NCBI GenBank assembly: GCA_030583845.1
Contig: CP129478.1
Coordinates: forward strand, 587,686 to 651,685
Source: Candidatus Dojkabacteria bacterium
Lineage (GTDB): Bacteria > Patescibacteriota > Dojkabacteria > SC72 > JAHDCA01
Direction: 5' to 3'
DNA: 64,000 bases
In this document: in pieces, positions 42,390 through 52,559 of the stretch
How positions within the stretch are numbered: position 1 is the stretch's first letter
Layout of the letters: each line of letters begins with the position of its first letter
Translations under genes and position numbers: made by a program
The notes under the pieces: generated by a model
Seen by the model: only the letters and a program-made list of their open reading frames with translations
The model's database searches: none
Told to the model about the DNA's origin: nothing

Positions 42390-43820
42390 GTGGAAGAAAA
42401 ATTTCAAGAGGGCGAAATCTCAAAGATTTCATTAAAAGATAATGAAGTGTCTGCCCAAGAACAGAAAAATAAGAAAGGTAGTAAGAATATGCCGGGTAAG
42501 CCTAAGAACAAAAAGTGGCTAACACTCCTTATGGTTGTGACAGGTATACTGCTTCTCGTACTAGTCGGGCTTATCGGTTATCGATTTTTCGCAAGATCTT
42601 CATCGAAAGATAAGTATGAGGCTCTTATGCTTGAGGCTGCCGGGCAGCACGACGATCAGGAGTACTCGCTTGCACTTGCTACATATAATGAGGCTCTCGC
42701 ACTTGATCCCACATTCCCTTCTGCATATATAGGTGTATTAAATATATTGCTCGAAAAGAACCTCGCTGATGATGCCGAAGAATTTGTAGCCGGTGCCGAA
42801 GAGATAATCGGTGGTGGAGATATGGCCGAGCTATATCTGCTTATGGCTGACTATTACTATGATGCTAAGGCTTGGGACAAAGCATATGCTTACTATGCAA
42901 AGGTCGGCAATCTCGAGGGAGAATCAATCGATCGATTTGCTATCGCCTCTGTAAACTCGCAAGAAGAGGATTGGAAATCACTTACCAGCCAGGTAAGCGA
43001 TGAGAAATTGCAGACTGTACTTCAGCAATATTCAGACATAAGCACCCAAAGTGATACAGATCTTTATGATCGAGCCAAGTTGGCTCAATTGGCCATCAAC
43101 GCCAAGGCTTACTACTTTGCGGTGAATCTGCTAAAGGATGATCAAGATCTGCCAGATTATTGGGATGGGCTCTACTATGTTGGGCGGGCCTACTACGAGC
43201 TGGGTGAGTATGAAAGAGCCGCCGACTACCTTGACCAGGCAGTACAGATTGCCCCTGAAGATCCAGCCTTACAGCTACTTGCTGCTCGTAACAGCGTACA
43301 AGATGGAAATCGTGATCTAGCATTCAGTCATTACGATCAGTACATCTCCTATTCAAAAGGTGATGGAGCTGACCAGGCAGTACTCATTGAATATATTGAG
43401 CTCTTGATTGAGGCGGAGAGATATTCGAAAGCGCTCGAGGTAATTTCTGAGCAAGAGACATCAACAGATGAGCTTGAGCTTCTAAAATTGCAGGTCTATA
43501 TCGCTCAGAAGGATAGCTCTGAGGTTATCCAGCTACTTGATAGGATGGAGTCGACCGTGGCTCCTGGGTCAGATAGCTATTATATGTATATCTGGTTAGC
43601 TGCTCTTTGGTATATCGAAGAGGGCCAATTCACAAAAGCAGAGGGATTGCTCTCACCAGTTGAGGAAGCGACTGCACAAGATCCGTACTATTTCTATGTA
43701 ATGGGCAGGCTAGTCGATGCAAAGGGTGACGAAAAAGGTGCTGATGAGTACTTTAAACTTGCTGTGGAGAAAGACCTGGAGGGTGAGGTGTCAAAATTGG
43801 CACTCAACTATATCCAGTAG
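42390..43820 (+). CDS. Membrane-anchored TPR-repeat protein.
   Basis: N-terminal TM WLTLLMVVTGILLLVLVGLIGY. Repeated A/L/Y-rich 34-residue TPR-like units (LALATYNEALALDP..., YYVGRAYYELGEYERAADYLDQAVQIAP...). Confidence 0.6.
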   Translation: MEEKFQEGEISKISLKDNEVSAQEQKNKKGSKNMPGKPKNKKWLTLLMVVTGILLLVLVGLIGYRFFARSSSKDKYEALMLEAAGQHDDQEYSLALATYNEALALDPTFPSAYIGVLNILLEKNLADDAEEFVAGAEEIIGGGDMAELYLLMADYYYDAKAWDKAYAYYAKVGNLEGESIDRFAIASVNSQEEDWKSLTSQVSDEKLQTVLQQYSDISTQSDTDLYDRAKLAQLAINAKAYYFAVNLLKDDQDLPDYWDGLYYVGRAYYELGEYERAADYLDQAVQIAPEDPALQLLAARNSVQDGNRDLAFSHYDQYISYSKGDGADQAVLIEYIELLIEAERYSKALEVISEQETSTDELELLKLQVYIAQKDSSEVIQLLDRMESTVAPGSDSYYMYIWLAALWYIEEGQFTKAEGLLSPVEEATAQDPYYFYVMGRLVDAKGDEKGADEYFKLAVEKDLEGEVSKLALNYIQ

Positions 43821-43947
43821 CCGCCCCGTTAACTTATAGTACGTGCATCAATAGTGTATTCATAGCCTTCCTTTCAATTTATGAATTCTAAATAAGTGAA
43901 ACTGCTGCAGCAATTAAGACTTGACGCACTATAAGTTAGCGGGGCGG
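43821..43947 (+). repeat. Family B palindromic element (long-loop version) immediately after the TPR gene stop.
   Basis: CCGCCCCGTTAACTTATAGTACGTGC (43821-43846) pairs with GACGCACTATAAGTTAGCGGGGCGG (43923-43947), separated by a 76-nt loop. Confidence 0.55.
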
Positions 43948-43957
43948 CAGGCGGTAC

Positions 43958-43986
43958 TTGCATTAGTTGCTCGCCGCATATATACT
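43958..43986 (+). promoter_or_regulatory. Candidate fusA promoter (TTGCAT, 17-nt spacer, TATACT).
   Basis: -35 box at 43958-43963 and -10 box at 43981-43986. The leader is about 125 nt. Confidence 0.35.
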
Positions 43987-44114
43987 CCACAGCAGCCAAT
44001 CACCCCGTTAGTTCGCAGCCAACCTATCAGCTGATATCTTGAGTATCCACCTGATTTATTGCGAGCTGACGAGATGGTCGGAAGCGACTATATATTAATT
44101 AATGTATTAAAAAT

Positions 44115-46205
44115 ATGGCGAACATATCTTATAACGTAAAGTTCGATCTTAAAAAGATTCGAAATATTGGTATCATCGCACACATCGACGCTGGTAAGAC
44201 TACAACTACCGAGCGATTGCTATTCTTCACTGGACAGATCCACAAGATCGGTGAGGTTCATGAAGGTGCAGCGACCACTGACTTCATGGAGCAGGAGAAG
44301 GAGCGTGGTATCACCATTATGTCAGCAGCTGTAACATGCTTCTGGAAATATAAGGGAGAGGATTACCGAATCAACATCATCGATACACCAGGCCACGTAG
44401 ACTTCACTGCAGAGGTAGAGAGGTCACTCCGAGTATTGGACGGTGCGGTTGTAATCTTCGACGGTAAGATGGGTGTTGAGCCACAGTCTGAGACAGTATG
44501 GAGGCAGGCAAACAAGTATAAGGTTCCTCGCATGTGCTTTGTAAACAAGTTGAACCTACTCGGTGGAGACTTCGAGATGTCACTTGCTTCTATTAAGGAG
44601 CGACTCACTCCAAATGCAGTTGCAATTACACTTCCAATGGGACGTGAGCAGCAGCTATATGGAACTATCGACCTGATCGAGATGAAAGCATATAAGTACG
44701 AGACAGTAGATGACCTCGATATGAAAGAGGTTGAGATCCCTGCTGAGTATAAGGATAAGGCCGAAAAATTAAGAGCAGAGCTTATTGAGAAGCTTGTTGA
44801 GCAGGATAATGCACTTATGGAGAAATACTTTGCTGGCGAGGAGATCAAAGAAGAAGAAATGCTTGAAGCATTGAGAAAGGGTACATTGAGCATGAATATC
44901 TTCCCAGTAATGGGTGGAGACTCACGAACAGCTATTGTAAAGAGGTTGTTAGACAAGGTTGTGACATGCCTCCCATCACCAATTGATGACGGTGGTGCAG
45001 ATGGTACACACCCAAAGACAGGTGAAGAGATGCATCGTGATCCAGCTGAGACCGAGCCATTCTCCTCGTTGGTATTCAAGATTGTAAATGACCCACACGT
45101 TGGAAACCTATCCTACTTCAGAATCTACTCTGGAAAGGTAAGTGCAGGTACATATGTATACAACTCAACACAGGGTGCACGAGAAAGAATCGGTCGATTG
45201 GTGTTGATGCATGCTGAAGATCGAGAAGAGGTAAGTGAGCTACGTGCTGGAGATATTGGAGCGATAGTTGGTCTAAAAGACTCAAACACTGGTGATACTC
45301 TCTGTGAAGAGGGTAATCAGATAGTGCTTGAAAAGATCCAGTTCTCAGAGCCGGTTGTATCGCAGGCTATCGAGCCGAAGTCGAACGCCGATGAAGAGAA
45401 GATGGGTATGGCTCTCGCAAGATTGGTCAAGGAAGATCCTACATTTAAAGTATCTTCAAACCATGAGACAGGCCAGACGATTATCTCAGGAATGGGTGAG
45501 CTTCACCTCGAGATCAAGGTAGATATCATGAAGAGAGACTTCGGCGTCGAGGTAAATGTAGGTAAGCCACAGGTTGCATACCGAGAGACAATCAAGGCGG
45601 TACGTGAGCAGGAAGGTAAGTATGTGAAGCAGTCAGGTGGTAAGGGTCAATATGGACACTGCTGGTTGAGGCTTGAGCCAAATGAAGTTGGAAAAGGCTT
45701 TGAGTTCCTGAATGAGCTAAAGGGTGGGTCGATCCCACGTGAGTATGTGCCTGCTATTCAGAAGGGCGTTGAAGAGGCTATGAAGTCAGGTGTCGTTGCA
45801 GGATACCCAATGGTTGATGTTAAGGTCGCAGTATACGATGGCTCATACCACGAGGTTGACTCTTCGGAGGCAGCATTCAAAGTGGCAGGATCGATGGCCT
45901 TGCGCGAAGGTGCCAGAAATGCAAACCCAGTTCTTCTTGAGCCAGTCATGAAGTTGGAAGTAACTGTGCCTCATGAGTACCAGGGTGATATCACAGGTGC
46001 GATCAGCAGCAAGCGTGGTGAGATCCGCGAGACTGAGGCAGCACACAACCTGCATATTGTGCATGCGTTTGTGCCTCTTGCAGAGCTTTTCGGATTCACA
46101 TCGGAGTTGCGATCGATCACAAGTGGTCGTGGTAACTCGAGCATGGAGTTCTCACACTATGCAGAGGTTCCAAGGCATATTGCCGAGGAAGTTGCTAAGA
46201 AATAG
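44115..46205 (+). CDS. fusA: Elongation factor G.
   Basis: [27 protein letters not shown] and the full five-domain length (696 aa). Confidence 0.95.
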   Translation: MANISYNVKFDLKKIRNIGIIAHIDAGKTTTTERLLFFTGQIHKIGEVHEGAATTDFMEQEKERGITIMSAAVTCFWKYKGEDYRINIIDTPGHVDFTAEVERSLRVLDGAVVIFDGKMGVEPQSETVWRQANKYKVPRMCFVNKLNLLGGDFEMSLASIKERLTPNAVAITLPMGREQQLYGTIDLIEMKAYKYETVDDLDMKEVEIPAEYKDKAEKLRAELIEKLVEQDNALMEKYFAGEEIKEEEMLEALRKGTLSMNIFPVMGGDSRTAIVKRLLDKVVTCLPSPIDDGGADGTHPKTGEEMHRDPAETEPFSSLVFKIVNDPHVGNLSYFRIYSGKVSAGTYVYNSTQGARERIGRLVLMHAEDREEVSELRAGDIGAIVGLKDSNTGDTLCEEGNQIVLEKIQFSEPVVSQAIEPKSNADEEKMGMALARLVKEDPTFKVSSNHETGQTIISGMGELHLEIKVDIMKRDFGVEVNVGKPQVAYRETIKAVREQEGKYVKQSGGKGQYGHCWLRLEPNEVGKGFEFLNELKGGSIPREYVPAIQKGVEEAMKSGVVAGYPMVDVKVAVYDGSYHEVDSSEAAFKVAGSMALREGARNANPVLLEPVMKLEVTVPHEYQGDITGAISSKRGEIRETEAAHNLHIVHAFVPLAELFGFTSELRSITSGRGNSSMEFSHYAEVPRHIAEEVAKK

Positions 46206-46228
46206 CGTTTGGTCAAGGTTTAAGGCCG

Positions 46229-46285
46229 CCGCCCCGCTAACTTACAGTGAAGTTCTCACTATAAGTTAGCGGGGCGGTTTCATTT
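46229..46285 (+). terminator. Family B palindromic element acting as a probable intrinsic terminator after fusA.
   Basis: 22-bp stem CCGCCCCGCTAACTTACAGTGA / TCACTATAAGTTAGCGGGGCGG (1 mismatch), loop agttc, then TTTCATTT. Confidence 0.7.
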
Positions 46286-46328
46286 AATACCGCTCGCGAA
46301 AAATAGTGAAAAATATTGTGTAAAACGC

Positions 46329-46357
46329 TTGCATACCTCTGATCTTTTTGATAAGAT
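46329..46357 (+). promoter_or_regulatory. Candidate tuf promoter (TTGCAT, 17-nt spacer, TAAGAT).
   Basis: -35 box at 46329-46334 and -10 box at 46352-46357. An AT-rich leader follows. No tRNA was seen in the 270-nt spacer. Confidence 0.35.
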
Positions 46358-46478
46358 CCATTCGACGCCGACCACGGTAGGCAAAGCCGTAGCGGTAGTG
46401 CAATTGTGTGGTTATACAATAGAAAATCTGGTATAAACACATAATTGGGAAATTTTTAATTTTTTAATAATTAAGTAA

Positions 46479-47645
46479 ATGGCAGACTATCAAAGAGATC
46501 TACCACACGCCAATATTGGTACACTCGGTCACGTTGACCACGGTAAGACCACATTGGTTAGAGGTATCCTCCGAGCATTCTCAGAGGAAGCCGATAAGTT
46601 TATTGATAAGCTAGACAAGGATCCTATTGCCCGTGCAAAGGCAATCACGATCTCTGTTGCTCACGTTGAGGTAACTACACCTAACAGACACTACGCACTC
46701 GTAGACTGTCCAGGTCACAAGGACTACATCAAGAACATGATCACAGGTGCCGCACAGATGGACGGCGCAATCTTGGTTGTTTCTTCATCTGACGGAGCAA
46801 TGCCTCAGACAAGAGAGCACTTGCTACTCGCTCGACAGGTTGGTGTGCAGCATTTGGTTGTTGCTATCAACAAGTTCGGTGAAGTTGATCCTGAAATTAT
46901 GGAATTGATCAAGGCCGACATCCAGGGCTTGCTCGAGAAATATGGATACGACGCAAGTACACCTATTGTTGAGGTTGATGCACTCAAGGCATTCAATGGT
47001 GAAGCAGAGGGTATCGAGAGCGTTAAGAACCTTATGGCAGTAGTCGACGAGAAGATCCCTCTCCCAGAGAGACCTCTTGATCAGCCATTCTTGATGCCAG
47101 TTGAGGATGTATTCTCAATTGAGGGTCGAGGTACAGTTGTAACAGGAAGAATCGAGAGAGGTGTAATCGCACTTAACGGTGAAGTAGACATCCTCGGAAT
47201 GGGTCGAAAAGACCAGAAGACAGCTGTAACTGGAATCGAGACATTCAACAAGCCAATGAAGGAAGGTCAGGCAGGCGACAACGCAGGTCTCCTCCTCCGT
47301 GGTTTGAAGAGAGAAGATGTAGAGCGAGGTCAGGTTCTTGCAGCTGCAGGCTCAGTAAAGACACACACAGACTTCAAGGCTGAGGTTTATGTACTTAGCA
47401 AGGAAGAGGGTGGTCGACACTCACCATTCACATCAGGATATAAGCCACAGTTCTATGTAAGAACTGCAGATGTGACAGGTGAAGTTAAGCTCCCTGATGG
47501 AGTAGAGATGGTAATGCCAGGAGAGAATGTTGAGCTCCAGGTTACATTGATCGCTCCTGTGGTTGTTGAGCAGGGAATGAAGTTTGCTATCCGTGAGGGT
47601 GGTAGCACAGTAGGTCACGGGGTTGTAACAGAGATTACTAACTAG
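46479..47645 (+). CDS. tuf: Elongation factor Tu.
   Basis: [10 protein letters not shown] and DCPGHKDY motifs. Length is 388 aa. Confidence 0.95.
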   Translation: MADYQRDLPHANIGTLGHVDHGKTTLVRGILRAFSEEADKFIDKLDKDPIARAKAITISVAHVEVTTPNRHYALVDCPGHKDYIKNMITGAAQMDGAILVVSSSDGAMPQTREHLLLARQVGVQHLVVAINKFGEVDPEIMELIKADIQGLLEKYGYDASTPIVEVDALKAFNGEAEGIESVKNLMAVVDEKIPLPERPLDQPFLMPVEDVFSIEGRGTVVTGRIERGVIALNGEVDILGMGRKDQKTAVTGIETFNKPMKEGQAGDNAGLLLRGLKREDVERGQVLAAAGSVKTHTDFKAEVYVLSKEEGGRHSPFTSGYKPQFYVRTADVTGEVKLPDGVEMVMPGENVELQVTLIAPVVVEQGMKFAIREGGSTVGHGVVTEITN

Positions 47646-47653
47646 TCAGTAAA

Positions 47654-47702
47654 CTCCCCCGCTAACTTATAGTGAGAAGCTCACCATAAGTTAGCGGGGG
47701 AG
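47654..47702 (+). repeat. Family B palindromic element after tuf (hairpin or attenuator between tuf and the S10 operon).
   Basis: CTCCCCCGCTAACTTATAGTGA-gaagc-TCACCATAAGTTAGCGGGGGAG, a 22-bp stem with 1 mismatch and no clean T-tract. Confidence 0.65.
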
Positions 47703-47740
47703 AACTAAGAATTATTTTATTTGCTCTTTGATTAAAGGAA

Positions 47741-48061
47741 ATGGCAAACAAACTACCAAAAATTCGAGTCAAACTTGAAGGTTATGACCCGGTTGTTGTT
47801 GATAAGTCCGTAAAAAGTCTTGTTGAAGCTGCTGTAGGTACAGGTGCAAAAGTCGCGGGACCGGTTCCACTCCCGACTCGAAGCCAGAAGTTTGCCGTAA
47901 ACCGATCGCCTCATGTGTATAAGAGCTCTATGGAGCACTTTGTAGTGAGGAAGCATAAGAGACTGGTCGATATTGTGGAACCAACTGCCAAGACTATAGA
48001 TGCATTACAGCATCTCCAGATGCCTTCTGGTGTGGGTATTGAAATTCAGCAAGTGAATTAG
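47741..48061 (+). CDS. rpsJ: 30S ribosomal protein S10.
   Basis: KIRVKLEGYDPVVVDKSVKSLVEAAVGTGAKVAGPVPLPT is a canonical S10 sequence. Confidence 0.95.
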   Translation: MANKLPKIRVKLEGYDPVVVDKSVKSLVEAAVGTGAKVAGPVPLPTRSQKFAVNRSPHVYKSSMEHFVVRKHKRLVDIVEPTAKTIDALQHLQMPSGVGIEIQQVN

Positions 48062-48113
48062 ATTTGGGTGGCCACTTAAGAAAAGGCTGCTAAATGGTTA
48101 ACTAACGAAAGAT

Positions 48114-48698
48114 ATGAAATACATTCTAGGTATTAAAAAGGGAATGACAAGGGTATTTGATGGTGACCACTCTGTCGCTGTCACAGTTGTTGACGTTGAT
48201 GGCTGTAAAGTCTCTTTTGCTGATGATAAGGGCTACGAGCTTGGAATTGGCAGCAAAAAGGGTAATGGCGCAGCAGTCGGCAAGTATAAGAAATATGGCT
48301 CTGTCCCGAGATATACACAATGGGTTTCGACAAAGCTTGATGATGGCATGGAGGTAGGTAGTGATGTAAGTACAGATGGATTTGAGAAAGGCGTTAAGGT
48401 AAATGTAAAGGCTACAACAAAGGGTAAGGGTTTTGCAGGTGTAGTTAAGAGATGGGGTTTCCATGGTGGTCCTAAGACCCACGGTCAGTCAGATAGGCAT
48501 AGAGCTCCTGGCTCGATCGGTGCAGGTACAGACCCAGGTAGGGTATTGAAGGGTAAGAGAATGGCTGGAAGAATGGGTGGTGATCAGATTACTGTTAAGA
48601 ATAAGATGATTGTTGATAAGAAAGAGAATTATCTATTGGTATCTGGGGCAATCCCAGGATCAAAGGGAAGCAAAGTTTTAATTGCAGTAGCCGAATAA
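48114..48698 (+). CDS. rplC: 50S ribosomal protein L3.
   Basis: ILGIKKGMTRVFD and FAGVVKRWGFHGGPKTHGQSDRHRAPGSIG are L3 signatures. Confidence 0.95.
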   Translation: MKYILGIKKGMTRVFDGDHSVAVTVVDVDGCKVSFADDKGYELGIGSKKGNGAAVGKYKKYGSVPRYTQWVSTKLDDGMEVGSDVSTDGFEKGVKVNVKATTKGKGFAGVVKRWGFHGGPKTHGQSDRHRAPGSIGAGTDPGRVLKGKRMAGRMGGDQITVKNKMIVDKKENYLLVSGAIPGSKGSKVLIAVAE

Positions 48699-48703
48699 TT
48701 GAC

Positions 48704-49291
48704 ATGAATTACGAAGTAGTAGACCTAAAAGGAAAGAAGACAGGTGACAAGGTAGAGCTAAATGATGCTGTATGGGCAGCACCTTTTAACGCGGATCTTG
48801 TTGCACAGGTTGTAAACGTGTTTAGGTCTAACCAGAGGTCAGGTACAGCACATGCAAAAGGCAAGGGTGATGTAAGCGGTGGTGGTAAGAAGCCATGGAG
48901 ACAGAAGGGTACCGGTCGTGCAAGACATGGATCGATCCGCTCCCCTCTATGGGTTGGTGGTGGTGTAACATTCCTCCCTAACTACCGAAATTGGAAGCGC
49001 GGCATCAATAAGAAAATGAAGGTAAACTCGCTCAAGTCAATTCTATCGAAGAGACTTGGAGATAACGAATTGATGATTGTAGATTTTGGCAAGGCAGATC
49101 GAAAATCATTTGAAGAGAAAGGAAAGGTGCTTTTCGTGACTTCAGATAAGGATACATATATGAAATTTAGAAATGTCGGAAATGTGCAGCTTGTATCAGG
49201 TATGGATCTGCACACCTACGATATCTCTATATGTAGAAAGATCTATGTTGATAAAGAGGATTTAAGTAAGTTGGAGGGTAGGCTCTCATGA
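48704..49291 (+). CDS. rplD: 50S ribosomal protein L4.
   Basis: KKPWRQKGTGRARHGSIRSPLWVGGGVTF is the L4 signature. Confidence 0.95.
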   Translation: MNYEVVDLKGKKTGDKVELNDAVWAAPFNADLVAQVVNVFRSNQRSGTAHAKGKGDVSGGGKKPWRQKGTGRARHGSIRSPLWVGGGVTFLPNYRNWKRGINKKMKVNSLKSILSKRLGDNELMIVDFGKADRKSFEEKGKVLFVTSDKDTYMKFRNVGNVQLVSGMDLHTYDISICRKIYVDKEDLSKLEGRLS

Positions 49292-49578
49292 AAAGAAATG
49301 CTATAATACAGCCCGTTATTTCGGAGAAGAGCTACGACATGGCAAACGCTCAGAACAAGTATGTTTTCTATGTCGATCCTGCAGCTTCTAAAGTAGAAAT
49401 TGCCAAGGCGATAGAGGGTGAATACAAGGTCAAGGTTGTATCAGTAAATACAACAGTCCGACCTGGCAAGATTAGGAGAGACTGGAGATACTCTAAGTCT
49501 ACCCGAATCTCTGACCGCAAGAAGGCAGTTGTGAAATTGAAAGATGGAGATAAGATTGATGATTTCTTTAACTTCTAG
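49288..49578 (+). CDS. rplW: 50S ribosomal protein L23.
   Basis: IQPVISEKSYDMANAQNKYVFYVDPAASKVEIAKAIE is L23-like, and the gene sits at the conserved L4/L2 position. Confidence 0.9.
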   Translation: MKRNAIIQPVISEKSYDMANAQNKYVFYVDPAASKVEIAKAIEGEYKVKVVSVNTTVRPGKIRRDWRYSKSTRISDRKKAVVKLKDGDKIDDFFNF

Positions 49579-49580
49579 AG

Positions 49581-50432
49581 ATGGCAACAAGGAAATTTAA
49601 ACCAACAACCGCATCAATGAGAGGTACAAGGCTTGAAGATAGGTCTTACCTCGCCAAGGAGAAGGGTCCAAGGTCATTGACAACATCGAAGAGGAAAATT
49701 ACCGGTCGAAACAACCAGGGTAGGATCACTGTACGCCATAGAGGTGGTGCACAGAAGCGAAGATTGAGGATTATTGACTTCAAGAGAGATAAATTTGATA
49801 TCCCTGGAGAGATTGTAAACTTCTACTTCGACCCTAACCGATCTGCAAACCTAGCATTGGTACAGTATACCGATGGCGAGAAGCGATATATAATCGCACC
49901 TCGAGGGATGTCAGTTGGAGATAGTGTTGTCTCTGGTGAGAAGACAGACGTGCTTGTAGGAAATGCAATGAAATTGAAGAATATTCCTTCAGGTACTGAA
50001 GTGCACTGTGTTGAGCTTACACCTGGCAAGGGTGCAAAGCTTGGACGGGCAGCAGGCCAGGTGATTGTTGTTCTGGGTGTTGATTCAACAGGTAAATATG
50101 TGCAGCTAAGGATGTCATCGGGCGAGGTACGATTAGTACATGGTGAGGCTATGGCTGTAATTGGACAGGTTGGAAACGAAGATCGAATGAATATGAAGCT
50201 TGGTAAGGCTGGACGAAAGAGAAGGCTTGGCTGGAGACCAGAGGTACGAGGAATGGTGATGCATCCTGCACAGCACCCACATGGTGGTGGTGAAGGTAAG
50301 GGTGTAATCGGTGGACCAGCAAAGGATATTTATGGAAACAGAGTTGGCGTGAAGACAAGAAAGAATAAGAGAACTGATAGATTTATTGTAAGGATGAGAA
50401 GGTCTAAGACAAGGCCTTACGCGAAGAAGTAA
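49581..50432 (+). CDS. rplB: 50S ribosomal protein L2.
   Basis: The L2 motifs MHPAQHPHGGGEGK and KTRKNKRTDRFIV are present. Confidence 0.95.
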   Translation: MATRKFKPTTASMRGTRLEDRSYLAKEKGPRSLTTSKRKITGRNNQGRITVRHRGGAQKRRLRIIDFKRDKFDIPGEIVNFYFDPNRSANLALVQYTDGEKRYIIAPRGMSVGDSVVSGEKTDVLVGNAMKLKNIPSGTEVHCVELTPGKGAKLGRAAGQVIVVLGVDSTGKYVQLRMSSGEVRLVHGEAMAVIGQVGNEDRMNMKLGKAGRKRRLGWRPEVRGMVMHPAQHPHGGGEGKGVIGGPAKDIYGNRVGVKTRKNKRTDRFIVRMRRSKTRPYAKK

Positions 50433-50452
50433 TTATTTTAAAGTAGATTTCG

Positions 50453-50755
50453 ATGTCACGATCAGTAAAAAAAGGTCCGTATGTAGACGAGAAGTTAATG
50501 AAAAAGGTTCGAAAGGCTCTGGAAACAGGTGAGAGGTCTCCTATTAAGACATGGAGCCGAGCTTCTGTTATAACTCCAGAGATGGTTGGATTGACTTTTG
50601 GTGTGCACAACGGTAAAGATCATGTTTCAGTACTGGTCTCAGAGAGCATGGTTGGACATAGACTTGGTGAGTTCTCCCCTACAAGGAAATTCAAGGGTCA
50701 TGCTAAGAAGGGTAAGCTCTCTAAGGTTTACGGTAGCTCAGGTAGATTCGAATAA
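50453..50755 (+). CDS. rpsS: 30S ribosomal protein S19.
   Basis: [11 protein letters not shown]...[21 protein letters not shown] is S19. Confidence 0.95.
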   Translation: MSRSVKKGPYVDEKLMKKVRKALETGERSPIKTWSRASVITPEMVGLTFGVHNGKDHVSVLVSESMVGHRLGEFSPTRKFKGHAKKGKLSKVYGSSGRFE

Positions 50756-51099
50756 TGGAAAACAGAACAGTCAAAACACAAGTAAAAAATATCGCGCAGT
50801 CTCCTCTAAAGTTGAGGTTGGTTGCAAATATGGTTCGAGGAAAGAACGCAGCAGAGGCTATGGAGATGATGAAATTTGTAAACAAGAAGGGCGCAAATTT
50901 TGTGTATAAAGCACTGAAGGGTGCGCTCGCCGATGCTGAGAATAATTACAACATGGACGGAAAAGATCTTTTTGTAAGTCATATCTCTGTAGATGGTGCG
51001 ACCCCTTATAAGAGAGGTCGATATGCATCACGAGGTAGGGCATCAAGAATTTTGAAGAGAAGGTCGCATTTAAATTTAGAGCTGAGTGTTAAGAGCTAA
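50755..51099 (+). CDS. rplV: 50S ribosomal protein L22.
   Basis: SPLKLRLVANMVRGKNAAEAMEMMKF is the L22 signature. The start overlaps the S19 stop (TAATG). Confidence 0.95.
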   Translation: MENRTVKTQVKNIAQSPLKLRLVANMVRGKNAAEAMEMMKFVNKKGANFVYKALKGALADAENNYNMDGKDLFVSHISVDGATPYKRGRYASRGRASRILKRRSHLNLELSVKS

Positions 51100-51741
51100 A
51101 TGTCACACAAAATCAACTCCAATGCGATGCGCATGGGGATAAGTAAAACTTGGAAGTCAAAGTGGTATGCCGAAGGTGATGCATACAAAGAGCAGCTCCA
51201 CCAGGATCTAAAGATCAAAAAATTTGTGGCAGAGAATCTTGATGCAGCAGGCTTGGACAGTATCGAAGTAAGTAGGTCAGCTGGCAAGGTATCGGTTGAT
51301 GCATTTGTGGCAAGGCCAGGTGTAGCAATTGGACGAGGTGGCACAGGAATTGAAGATCTTAACAAGAAGCTGAAGCAGATGTTGAAGCTAGAGGTTGATG
51401 TAAAGGTAAAAGAGGTTCAGAAGCCCGACCTTTCAGCAAATATTCTAGCTAGCGAGATTGTAAGTGGTTTGAAGAGGAGGATGCCTGCAAAAATGTTGGC
51501 TCAGGCCGCAATTGAGAAGGCAATGGGTGCAGGTGCAAAAGGAATCAGAGTGTGGATAGCCGGACGAATCAATGGTGCACAGCAGGCTAGAACTGTAAAG
51601 TTCTCTCAGGGTGCTGTCCCACTTCACACATTGAAGGCAAACATTGAGTTCTGCTCTGCTGTTGCGCAGACAGGTGACTTGGGCAAATTTGGTGTAAAGG
51701 TGTGGGTATATCGAGAGAGCAAATTAGATGATCAGGAATAG
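51100..51741 (+). CDS. rpsC: 30S ribosomal protein S3.
   Basis: KH-domain-containing S3 with HKINSNAMRMGISKTWKSKWYA and the conserved downstream core. Confidence 0.95.
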   Translation: MSHKINSNAMRMGISKTWKSKWYAEGDAYKEQLHQDLKIKKFVAENLDAAGLDSIEVSRSAGKVSVDAFVARPGVAIGRGGTGIEDLNKKLKQMLKLEVDVKVKEVQKPDLSANILASEIVSGLKRRMPAKMLAQAAIEKAMGAGAKGIRVWIAGRINGAQQARTVKFSQGAVPLHTLKANIEFCSAVAQTGDLGKFGVKVWVYRESKLDDQE

Positions 51742-51750
51742 TTAAAAATT

Positions 51751-52164
51751 ATGATGCAGCCAAAGAAGACAAAATATAGGAAAGAGTTCAGAGGCAAGAG
51801 GGGTGGAATTGCTTCAGCAAACAATGAGGTACAGTTCGGACAGTATGGTCTGAAGGCTGTAGATCGAGGCTGGGTAGAATCAAGAGAGATTGAAGCTGCA
51901 CGTAGAGCTATCGTTGGTCATATCAAGCGAAAGGGAAAGGTATGGATCAAGATCTTCCCACACAAGCCTTATACATCGAAGCCAGTAAACTCGAAAATGA
52001 CTGCAGGTAAGGGTGATCTTGAAGGCTATGTAGCAGTAGTAAAGCCAGGGACAATGCTTTTTGAGATGAGTGGTACTACCGAGGAGATCGCACGCGAGGC
52101 ATTCAGACTTGGAGCACACAAGCTTTCAGTAAAAACTAAGTTTGTATACCGAAGCGAGATCTAA
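51751..52164 (+). CDS. rplP: 50S ribosomal protein L16.
   Basis: MQPKKTKYRKEFRGK...VWIKIFPHKPYTSKP is L16. Confidence 0.95.
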   Translation: MMQPKKTKYRKEFRGKRGGIASANNEVQFGQYGLKAVDRGWVESREIEAARRAIVGHIKRKGKVWIKIFPHKPYTSKPVNSKMTAGKGDLEGYVAVVKPGTMLFEMSGTTEEIAREAFRLGAHKLSVKTKFVYRSEI

Positions 52165-52218
52165 AAATAGTTGAATATATGAAGGAATATTGATACAATC
52201 CTTCAGCGCAAAACAGTT

Positions 52219-52476
52219 ATGGATAAAGCAAACAAGAAGAAAAATAGAAAGAGATTAGAAGGTGTAGTGCTAAGCAATAAGATGCAGGGCACCGTAAAAG
52301 TACGCGTTGAGAAGCCTGTACAGCACGCACAGTACTACAAGATCGTGTCTTACAGGAAAGCTTTCTTTGCCAGTACAACCAAGGAGATTGAAGTCGGTGC
52401 AAGAGTTGTAATTGAAGAGACCCGACCAGTTGCCAAGAACGTGAACTGGAAAGTTGTGCAAGTTCTAGAAGCATAA
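52219..52476 (+). CDS. rpsQ: 30S ribosomal protein S17.
   Basis: RKRLEGVVLSNKMQGTVKVRVEK...ETRPVAKNVNWKV is S17. No L29 gene precedes it. Confidence 0.9.
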   Translation: MDKANKKKNRKRLEGVVLSNKMQGTVKVRVEKPVQHAQYYKIVSYRKAFFASTTKEIEVGARVVIEETRPVAKNVNWKVVQVLEA

Positions 52477-52559
52477 ATAGGTCTAGCGACTTTGATTAAG
52501 TCCTCAACTTTATTGTTAAGGATTTAACAGAAGAATTGTTAGATTAATAGGAGCTTTAA

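Noticed and set aside
45973-46440. ORFs 45973-46269 (+) and 46237-46440 (-) with similar peptide ends (APLTYSE...).
   Set aside because: Both run into the family B palindrome after fusA. The shared peptide is an artefact of translating the two arms of the hairpin.
50598-50909. ORF 50598-50909 (+) and several minus-strand ORFs inside the r-protein operon (for example 52837-53325 and 53704-54153).
   Set aside because: They overlap canonical, tightly packed r-protein genes in other frames and have no conservation signal.
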